Source: a virus
Taxonomy: Duplodnaviria; Caudoviricetes
DNA: 27,545 bases
Reading direction: 5' to 3' (one strand)
Virus record (IMG/VR): IMGVR_UViG_3300025687_000247
Coordinates: 1-27,545 of that record
Below are positions 16,942-24,363 of this stretch, in pieces. The translations under genes and the position numbers were made by a program. The stretch's first letter is position 1, and each line of letters begins with the position of its first letter. The notes under the pieces were generated by a model. The model was not told where the DNA came from. It worked only from the letters and a program-made list of their open reading frames with translations, and ran no database searches.

Positions 16942-18731
16942 TGGCTACAGGACTGCAGAACCCTTTCTTTGTTCCAGAGGAGTTTGATATAAACGCTGTA
17001 GAGCCTAATGTTTTAACTAATGATTATTTAGTAAAAAACATAAACAGACTCTCTGATAGGTTTAATACTATCGACAAAGCTTATCCTGATGACTTCTTAG
17101 GATACGCCCAACGCGCTCAGGAAGGCGGTAGTGCTGTTCTTGGGCAAGCTGGTAAGATGACGGGTGATGCGTTAAGCAGCCTTGGGGGCGCTGCCATGAA
17201 GATTATAGGTACTGTAGCAGACATGGCTACACCTGATGCGCTTACAGACCCTTTAATAAACGCTACAAAAAGCGTAGCTTCTGCCATTAAGAATGCACCT
17301 ACAGTCCAAGAAGGCATGAAGATTGCTAGTCAGTGGTATGGTTCTCTACAGCCAGCACAACAGCGTATGCTTGGTGACTTAGGGAACATGACTAACATGG
17401 TTGGTGCGTCTACTGTCGTTCCTTTCACAAACCCTGCTCTTAAGGGTGGTGGTATGACAGCCTTTTCAAACCTCATACCCGGGAAGTATGGAGCATCAAC
17501 ATTAAGCATGTCTGTTCCTGAACAAAAGTTGGTAGAAGGTGTAACCAAACTAGCTGAGAAAGGTGGAGCGCCTTTGACTGCTTCTCAGAAACAAAACATT
17601 GAGACAGGCTTAGGTCGTGTCATGGGTTTTGGCAGATGGGCTGCTGAAGGCGCTACGAACGCAATAACATATTACTTCAACCCAAAAGCAAAAGCTTTGT
17701 ATGAAGAACAGGGAATAGGTCCTTTGGTAACACAAATGGCTAAGACAGCTGGGACCGATGAAGATGCTATTAAGAAACTAATGGCTCAGGGCATGTATAA
17801 CAGACACATTATCAAGCAGTCTGGACGGGAAGGTGTAGTTTCTCCGCAAATGCAAGCCATTGGTAACTTTGGTGTGCTGGCTGAGTCTACAACAGCTAAA
17901 CCCGGTGTATACAAGGAGATGGCTAAACCCTTCGACCAAGCAAATATTCCAGATATAGATTTCGATGCCTTTGAATCACATATCCGTAATGCTTGGAAAG
18001 ATGGGATGGCTTCGGATGCAAACATAATTCTTAAGGGGTCTGCACAACTATCAGGACAACACTCTAGGGACCTTTGGCATTCTCCTGTCTACAAAACGCT
18101 GACTAAAGCTTTTGATGACATTGAAAATGTACCCGGAATGAAGTACAGGTTTGATAACGATGATCAGCTTAGGGATTATCTTAAGAAGTATGTAGATGAA
18201 ACTTCAGTAGAGTCTAGTCTCACCGCAAGCACGAAGCACATGTTAAAAACAAAAGGTCGTGGGGAAGAGCTTAGAAGGAAACACTTTAATATTATTCCTG
18301 AAGACCAGCTGACTCCTGAAATGAAAGCTGCTGGTGGTGTGTGGATTAAAGACGGTTTTCCCGGCACATCAATTACAGAAGGCGGTGTTAACGGTATTTA
18401 TAAAGTAGATAAAAACTGGAACGTGACAATGGTCATTTCAGACGAACACAACTACTTTGAGAAGTTTACCAAACCAGTCCTGCCGAATAATCAAATGATG
18501 GTATCTATGCCGTTCTCAAAGAACATAGCGATGCAGAAGTTGTTGCCAAAAGCCTCTAAAGAAAAGTTTGGTTTTGAAGGCAAGAACTTTGGTATGCTGG
18601 GTGGAGACGCCAGTAAAGAAAAAGCTTTAGGTATTATAGCAGATATAAATCAAGCTTCACCTACAGCCTTCGGTACTGCAAGACAGGCAAGCGGCTTGTT
18701 TAACACTTACGTTAGACCAACAGAAGAATAA
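16941..18731 (+). CDS. Large hypothetical, probable internal virion protein 4
   Basis: AGGAG RBS, TAATG coupling; last gene of the arm; Cys-free; globular-looking C-terminal half. Confidence 0.55.
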   Translation: MATGLQNPFFVPEEFDINAVEPNVLTNDYLVKNINRLSDRFNTIDKAYPDDFLGYAQRAQEGGSAVLGQAGKMTGDALSSLGGAAMKIIGTVADMATPDALTDPLINATKSVASAIKNAPTVQEGMKIASQWYGSLQPAQQRMLGDLGNMTNMVGASTVVPFTNPALKGGGMTAFSNLIPGKYGASTLSMSVPEQKLVEGVTKLAEKGGAPLTASQKQNIETGLGRVMGFGRWAAEGATNAITYYFNPKAKALYEEQGIGPLVTQMAKTAGTDEDAIKKLMAQGMYNRHIIKQSGREGVVSPQMQAIGNFGVLAESTTAKPGVYKEMAKPFDQANIPDIDFDAFESHIRNAWKDGMASDANIILKGSAQLSGQHSRDLWHSPVYKTLTKAFDDIENVPGMKYRFDNDDQLRDYLKKYVDETSVESSLTASTKHMLKTKGRGEELRRKHFNIIPEDQLTPEMKAAGGVWIKDGFPGTSITEGGVNGIYKVDKNWNVTMVISDEHNYFEKFTKPVLPNNQMMVSMPFSKNIAMQKLLPKASKEKFGFEGKNFGMLGGDASKEKALGIIADINQASPTAFGTARQASGLFNTYVRPTEE

Positions 18732-18765
18732 AAAAAGGGGTCCTAAGTGACCCCTTTAGTTTATT
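18730..18765. terminator. Bidirectional intrinsic terminator between convergent arms
   Basis: A7-GGGGTC-ctaagt-GACCCC-TTTAGTTTATT between the two stop codons. Confidence 0.85.
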
Positions 18766-20657
18766 TAGATTTCACAGACCCCTGACACACATGCCAGCTG
18801 CTGGGCACCTTCCACGTTGTCGTCTGTCTCGATAAAATCGTTCCAGTCAACCTCAGGAGGCATTGCAGCCAGTAGCTTGTTGTAGGTCGCCTCATCAATC
18901 TCCTCGTAGGGTGCTTGGCGATAACTACCACCATCCCACGGCAGGAAACTAATGCCGCTAATCTCATCGAAGTGTTCCCACACCCAAGCACCTACAGCAG
19001 GCCAGTCGTCTTCTTTGACGTATACGGTCACAGAGGGCTTGTGCTCACACCAGTGACGCTGGTAGGCTAACCAGAGCTTCAGGTGTGTGAAACTATCCAA
19101 GTCGTCACGAACCACACAGCCCTCAGGTGCCTTCATAGGGAAACTGAAGATCGTGGTGTCATTAGGCTTCATTACGTCTGCTTCGTTGGGGATTCCTTTT
19201 TCCTTAAGAAACGCTGTAATGGGGTCTTTATTATCGTTACGAACTCGTCTAATATAGTAAGCACTATGGCGAGCATGGATGCCACTAGCAGAATCAACAA
19301 GCTGACTGACAGTACCACTAGGCTTAACACATGTGATAGAAGCTGAGGGAGGAATTGAGAGAACACTAGCAAACTCCTTGTTAGTTTCCACAGCCAAGGA
19401 ACGCATGCTCTCGAGTCGATCCTTCAAGCCTGAATCATCAACGTTGTTCAGCAAAGGGCAATCCAAGATACCTGTGATTGACACGCCCAACAGACGCTCT
19501 TCTTCGGTATTCTTCTTCCACACATGACGCAGGTACGGGAAGTCCGTCAGGGTAGACTGGAAGGTACCTAGGATTGTCGCAAGTTGAACCTTACGTGCCA
19601 ACATAGCCTCTGTGTCATCCACACGGGCAACAACCTCTGTCAGGTTACAGAACTGGTACGGACGGAGAATAATCTCTGAACATGGGTTAGTACCGAAGTC
19701 ATAACTAGAGTCCCTACGTCCCAGTTTCTCCACGGTGGTCTTAGCAGCTGCACGAGAGAAGATACCACGCTCACCGCTGTGTGACTGGTACAGGGATAAC
19801 CATTCAGTCAGGAACTCGCCTACAGTGGGCTTCTCGTTGTAACTGGCGCTATTGTTTGCCAGAGCACGTTGACCATCACGTTCCCACCAGCTGCCTGCTT
19901 TAGCATGACGCATACGGTCATCTGTCAGGTCAGATAAACTAATCATGGCTGAACGGCGAACACCACCCACCACAACTACTTCACCAATCTTACACATGAT
20001 GTCGTGGCACTCAAGGCTGGTCAGCTTACGACCTGCAGCACCTTTGAACTTACCGACAACAAACTTGAACAGGTCTTCCAGTGGTCCGGGACCTGACGCA
20101 CGACCACCAAAGGTCTTCAGTCGAGCACCCGCAGGACGTACCTTGGATACATCCCATGTCGGGATTTCACCAGAGTACAACAGAGCAATTAACTGACGAA
20201 GGCTTTTAGCCCAGCCTGCTTTACTATCACGAACCACGATGTTAGTGTGGCTGTTAAACAACAATGCTGGTACTTCAGGCAGCTTGTTGACGTACTTGCT
20301 TTCGACACTAAAGCCTACACCTGTACCACACAGGAGGATATACATGGCTTCGTCAAACGATTTAACGTCATCCACGGGCAAGTAGCTGCAGTTGTACCCT
20401 GCGGTATTGTCACGGTCCAAAGCCTCACCAGCGGTCATTACAGCCCGCATAGAAGGCATTACTTCACGGTTCAGGATGGCAGCATGAAGTTCTTCGTGAA
20501 GCTCCTCAGGCATCACATATCCATGCTTAGAGGACAGCTGCTTATCGATGAACGTCATGTAGCGGTTGACCGTCTCAGGCCAGTGCTCACGGCGTTGTTT
20601 GTCATCTAGGAAGCGGCTGTAGCGGCTTTTGGCGATAAAAGTTTCGTATGTATTCAT
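18765..20657 (-). CDS. nrdJ: Class II (adenosylcobalamin-dependent) ribonucleotide reductase, monomeric RTPR type
   Basis: Start MNTYETF with AAGGA RBS; YNCSY, GTGVGFS, TNPCSEI, FCNLTE, TCVKPSGTVS, C-terminal ACVSGVCEI; no beta subunit adjacent. Confidence 0.92.
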   Translation of the reverse strand: MNTYETFIAKSRYSRFLDDKQRREHWPETVNRYMTFIDKQLSSKHGYVMPEELHEELHAAILNREVMPSMRAVMTAGEALDRDNTAGYNCSYLPVDDVKSFDEAMYILLCGTGVGFSVESKYVNKLPEVPALLFNSHTNIVVRDSKAGWAKSLRQLIALLYSGEIPTWDVSKVRPAGARLKTFGGRASGPGPLEDLFKFVVGKFKGAAGRKLTSLECHDIMCKIGEVVVVGGVRRSAMISLSDLTDDRMRHAKAGSWWERDGQRALANNSASYNEKPTVGEFLTEWLSLYQSHSGERGIFSRAAAKTTVEKLGRRDSSYDFGTNPCSEIILRPYQFCNLTEVVARVDDTEAMLARKVQLATILGTFQSTLTDFPYLRHVWKKNTEEERLLGVSITGILDCPLLNNVDDSGLKDRLESMRSLAVETNKEFASVLSIPPSASITCVKPSGTVSQLVDSASGIHARHSAYYIRRVRNDNKDPITAFLKEKGIPNEADVMKPNDTTIFSFPMKAPEGCVVRDDLDSFTHLKLWLAYQRHWCEHKPSVTVYVKEDDWPAVGAWVWEHFDEISGISFLPWDGGSYRQAPYEEIDEATYNKLLAAMPPEVDWNDFIETDDNVEGAQQLACVSGVCEI

Positions 20658-21106
20658 TGTTCCTTTTCTCTTTTCTTTTTCCAGCGGGTGCACCAAGCAC
20701 TTAGGCGTTTAAACTGTTCAGCATCTTCTTCGTCCATTTTGATTGTTCCTCGAGACCCTTCAAAGCTCCAGTTAAGACCTTTGTCTGTGTCGAGATAAGC
20801 CCCTGAATTGATGATTCCATATGCTTCTGCAAATCTAATGGCTGATTTGGACTTAAAGATAGCGAGTATAGTCTTTCTAACAATACATTCTGGAGTGCGC
20901 TGTATTGTTTTACTGCTGCTACAGTATTGTCGCCAATCATTTTCAACCCATCCATTGCCTCTTTTAGCCCAAAATTGTTTTCTTCCGACATAGTATTCTC
21001 CGTTCTCCATTTCAATTAAGTAAATAAAACCTAAGAAGTCCTCAAGCCGACTTACGTAGTTTGTGATGTTTGTCGCATTCTTCCATCTTAGGTTACTCTT
21101 CAGCAT
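20654..21106 (-). CDS. GIY-YIG family (Seg-like) endonuclease
   Basis: GFIYLIE...YYVGRK, WRQYCSSS, downstream Glu; AT-richer than flanks; start uncertain (ATG 21106). Confidence 0.7.
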   Translation of the reverse strand: MLKSNLRWKNATNITNYVSRLEDFLGFIYLIEMENGEYYVGRKQFWAKRGNGWVENDWRQYCSSSKTIQRTPECIVRKTILAIFKSKSAIRFAEAYGIINSGAYLDTDKGLNWSFEGSRGTIKMDEEDAEQFKRLSAWCTRWKKKREKEQ

Positions 21107-21263
21107 CTTCTGCAAACTCCTTTTCAAAGAAGTCTGCCATGTCAACGATATGATCTGTCAACACCTCGACTAGCTCCTCTGTGGTCACCTTAAGAACATC
21201 TACCAGAAGGTCTGGATCGTATGTCTCTACGATTTTCTCTTTTAGTTCTTCTATGGTAAACAT
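21093..21263 (-). CDS. Small acidic hypothetical protein, 56 aa (not in ORF track)
   Basis: GGAG RBS, TGATG coupling; MFTIEELKEKIVETYDPDLLVDVLKVTTEELVEVLTDHIVDMADFFEKEFAEDAEE*. Confidence 0.8.
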   Translation of the reverse strand: MFTIEELKEKIVETYDPDLLVDVLKVTTEELVEVLTDHIVDMADFFEKEFAEDAEE

Positions 21264-21535
21264 CAGTTTGCTAGCTCCCCACCTACCTCAAAGTCTTCCA
21301 GATCGATGTCTTCATCAACATCAAGATCGTCCTCAAGAACAACTGTGCGATCCAGTGCTGCCATGAACTCCTCAAGGTCTCCCTGAAGGTCATCAAGGCT
21401 CAGGCCCCTTGGGAAGGCAGCGGTTGCCCCTATGCCCACCAAGTCACCCTCTGAATCGTACACGGCATCCCTAAAGGTCATGAAGCCGTTGCTCTGTTGA
21501 TACACGATCATCTTGTTTAAAACAGCTCTTGTCAT
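21263..21535 (-). CDS. Acidic hypothetical protein
   Basis: GGAG RBS, ATGA overlap; Asp/Glu-rich C-terminal half. Confidence 0.75.
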   Translation of the reverse strand: MTRAVLNKMIVYQQSNGFMTFRDAVYDSEGDLVGIGATAAFPRGLSLDDLQGDLEEFMAALDRTVVLEDDLDVDEDIDLEDFEVGGELAN

Positions 21536-22380
21536 TTTCCAATCTCCGGTACTTTAGGTTCGTTTACGACTTTCACCAAATGCTTTGGACCATTGTAATA
21601 CAAGAATGTTCTTAACTCTGGGTAGCAAGCCTTTTTGTATTGACAGTAGGAACAACCTAAGGAAAGTTTTAGGTTTCCAGACTTTCCATCCTCTTCGGAA
21701 TCGTAACACAAGTCTGGTGGCGTATCCGATTCCACAGCCTTTTTTAGTGCAATGATTTTCTCTTCAATATCTTCCTTCAACTTAGGATGGTCGGTATTCT
21801 CGAGGTCATACTCTAGCCAAGTAAGGTGTCCATTCTGCTTATCCATGGCAAGCCAAGCAATCTTGGTATCACCTTGGGACTTCGCATATGCCTTCAGCTG
21901 ATCAATGTATCCAAAAGCATCGTTGTCCACCAGTGTGCCATCTTTGAACTTCTTGAAGCTGTATGAGCTTGTACTCTTTACATCCATCAAGGTGCCATCG
22001 ATACGTCCATCCATGTGTCCAACAATACCAGCGACCTCACAGCGTTTCTGCTCATCGGTCACCTTGTGCCCTGAAGCCTTCACGAGGAACAGCAGCATCT
22101 CTTCAATGATGTGTCCGTACATGAACTTCAGGTGCATGTTGGGTGTCATCTCTTCCTTCTCAGTACCCCGCATGAGGTTCCAAAGGTACAGAGGGGTCTT
22201 CCCAACATTCGACAGCCTGAGGGTGCGGTTGTCTGACTTGTATTCAGATAGTTGGCGCTTCATGATCTTCTTCATGGACTCGCCGAACTCGTGAATAAGG
22301 TAGTCAATGTTGACATCCTCAGGAACTTTCTTGGTATCTAACAACTTGTATATGTCGTCGATTAGTGTGTCTGTGCCCAT
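21532..22380 (-). CDS. PD-(D/E)XK exonuclease (Cas4/RecB-like)
   Basis: LRLSNVG, GHIIEE, GHMDG...DVKS, QLKAY, CSYCQYKKAC; directly after polA. Confidence 0.85.
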   Translation of the reverse strand: MGTDTLIDDIYKLLDTKKVPEDVNIDYLIHEFGESMKKIMKRQLSEYKSDNRTLRLSNVGKTPLYLWNLMRGTEKEEMTPNMHLKFMYGHIIEEMLLFLVKASGHKVTDEQKRCEVAGIVGHMDGRIDGTLMDVKSTSSYSFKKFKDGTLVDNDAFGYIDQLKAYAKSQGDTKIAWLAMDKQNGHLTWLEYDLENTDHPKLKEDIEEKIIALKKAVESDTPPDLCYDSEEDGKSGNLKLSLGCSYCQYKKACYPELRTFLYYNGPKHLVKVVNEPKVPEIGK

Positions 22381-24086
22381 GTTTCTCCAATCTTAAAATC
22401 ACCGTCCAGAGGACATCTTAGGTTAAGCTTTACGCCTGCCGCTTTTATACATTCGACTGCCAGCCATCCGAACTTCTGTGCTTGATCTTCACGAACTTCA
22501 GCCTGTATTTCATCATGGATGTTACCCACAAATTTATACTGTATATTATATATTTTAGCATACTCATCCAGAATTGTCAATGCCTTTTTCATTACAACAG
22601 CCCCTGCTGACTGTAACAAAGTGTTTAAGGCTGCGTGTGGACTTCTGACCCAGAGTCGTCGTCCGTCCAACCCAGTGAGATAGCCACGGTTAGCAGCTGT
22701 TCCAACTCTGTCTCGTAGATTTGCAAGAGCTGGCGTATTTGATAGAAACTTTTCTTTAAGTCGTCTACCAGCTCCTGCTGATCCTCCGGTGATAGTACCA
22801 ATTTTTGCATCTCCGGCGCCATATAGAAATGCGTATATAAAAGTCTTAGCCTGATCTCGTGTAGCGAGTCCTGCAGCTGTTTGGTTTGCTGTGTGTATGT
22901 CTCCATGCAAAATTTCCTTTGTGTACGCTGCGTCATCCATGTAGTGCGCCAGCATACGTAGTTCAAGACCAGAGGCATCACAGCCCACCAACTTGTAGCC
23001 CTTAGGCACAATCCAACATGACCGACACTCTTTACCGTAGGGGCTGTAGCCTGCGGGCACCTGTGCCATGTTAGGGCTATTGTGCGTCATACGTCCTGTG
23101 ACTGCACCGATAGCATTAACATAACCATGCACACGACCATCGTCTTCTACGGCATCGACCCAAGACTCCACCTGTGCGATACGCTTCTGGACCAGCAGGT
23201 ACTCGCCAATCAGCTGTGCCTCTGGTATGTCTTTCACGTTGCTCAGAACCTTTTCGTCCACGATAGGCTGACCGTTGTCAGTAAACTCCTTAGGTTTCCA
23301 TCCGAACCATTGGAGATACTTACCGATCTGCTGTCTGGAACCTAGGTTGAAGTCAGGGTAGTCAATACGGCTAAAGGAACCGCCAACGAGAACATAGCTA
23401 TCACCAAGGAACTTAAGACCCACGTTAGACAGGCTGCCATCTTTCTTGTACTTGGGAGCAATCTCCTTGACAAAAACAGGTAGCGGTCTGAAGGTATCCC
23501 TGACGGTAGTTTCAAGTTCAAGCTTCTTTTCATATAACGTTCCCAGTAGTTCCATTGCCTGCCTTTGATCCAGCAGCCAACCATTCTCGATCTGACCTGC
23601 AATCACTCGCTGCACATCGTGCTCGAGAGCAATGCTCTGGTCACCAAAGGGCTTCAGCTTGTCTGTCAACCAGTTGTACGTGGCATGGGTCACTTGTACG
23701 TCTTGTACACAGTAGTCCACCATCTCCTGCGTCAGCTGGCTCCAGTCATCGTAGTCACCCTTGTGCAGCTTCAGTCGTATTCCCCACTCTCTGAGGCTGT
23801 GTCCTCCTTCCAGAGAAGGGTTATATAGTCTCGAGAGTACCAGAGTGTCTGTAAGTCGTACAGAGGAACTATCAAATCCCAAGAGGCGGTCGAGAACACG
23901 TACATCGTAGGCAATAATGTTGTGCCCGATAATGTGTGTAACACCGCCCAAGAACTCTTTGAGTGACTCACGGGTAGGGTTCCTCAAAATCGAAACTTCG
24001 TTGGTATCCACATCCTTGGTTACGACTACCCAGACCTTCTTGGGTTTCAGCCCGTCCGTCTCGATGTCCAGAATAACTTTTCTCAT
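22362..24086 (-). CDS. polA: T7-like family A DNA polymerase with 3'-5' exonuclease
   Basis: Exo motifs DIETDG, HNIIAYD, YCVQD; motif A DASGLELR, motif B RDQAKTFIYAFLYG, motif C IHDEIQ. Confidence 0.95.
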   Translation of the reverse strand: MRKVILDIETDGLKPKKVWVVVTKDVDTNEVSILRNPTRESLKEFLGGVTHIIGHNIIAYDVRVLDRLLGFDSSSVRLTDTLVLSRLYNPSLEGGHSLREWGIRLKLHKGDYDDWSQLTQEMVDYCVQDVQVTHATYNWLTDKLKPFGDQSIALEHDVQRVIAGQIENGWLLDQRQAMELLGTLYEKKLELETTVRDTFRPLPVFVKEIAPKYKKDGSLSNVGLKFLGDSYVLVGGSFSRIDYPDFNLGSRQQIGKYLQWFGWKPKEFTDNGQPIVDEKVLSNVKDIPEAQLIGEYLLVQKRIAQVESWVDAVEDDGRVHGYVNAIGAVTGRMTHNSPNMAQVPAGYSPYGKECRSCWIVPKGYKLVGCDASGLELRMLAHYMDDAAYTKEILHGDIHTANQTAAGLATRDQAKTFIYAFLYGAGDAKIGTITGGSAGAGRRLKEKFLSNTPALANLRDRVGTAANRGYLTGLDGRRLWVRSPHAALNTLLQSAGAVVMKKALTILDEYAKIYNIQYKFVGNIHDEIQAEVREDQAQKFGWLAVECIKAAGVKLNLRCPLDGDFKIGETWAQTH

Positions 24087-24363
24087 TCTTCATCCTAATA
24101 TGCTCCAATCTATGACAGTTGGAACAGAGCACTACACACTGGTCTGCTTCTGCTACCACTTCTGATTTTGCACCTGAGACACCGCGCCATGCCTTGTACT
24201 CCAAAGCCATCGTCTTGACCACATCCGCTGGATGGTGGAAATCAAGAACTGCCTGTGGGTACTTCCTCTTACAGCACGAGCATATAAGCTTGCATCTTCT
24301 TAAAAGATAAAGCCCTCTGTTACGGTTCCCAGTTTTGTCCCACTCACGGGTCTCAGAACTCAT
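23968..24363 (-). CDS. HNH endonuclease
   Basis: CSCC...LDFHH...CVVLCSNCHRLEH; free-standing between primase-helicase and polA. Confidence 0.8.
   Translation of the reverse strand: MSSETREWDKTGNRNRGLYLLRRCKLICSCCKRKYPQAVLDFHHPADVVKTMALEYKAWRGVSGAKSEVVAEADQCVVLCSNCHRLEHIRMKNEKSYSGHRDGRAETQEGLGSRNQGCGYQRSFDFEEPYP

Noticed and set aside
20658-20696. Upstream nrdJ start given in the ORF track
   Set aside because: ATG 20657 has an RBS and an ATGA overlap; starts were likewise moved for track ORFs 2290, 3238, 4300, 6232, 7741, 8607, 12398, 21145 and 27240
20701-21015. 104-aa same-strand ORF nested in the GIY-YIG gene
   Set aside because: No RBS or recognisable motif; the other frame holds the nuclease motifs
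21140-21161. Two TTGACA hexamers on the minus strand
   Set aside because: No -10 box at suitable spacing; inside a CDS
21532-22380. CRISPR-Cas system from Cas4-like gene
   Set aside because: No array or other cas genes; position after polA fits a phage replication/recombination exonuclease
18765-24086. Inteins or introns in nrdJ or polA
   Set aside because: Both ORFs are continuous, of normal length, with no splicing motifs seen
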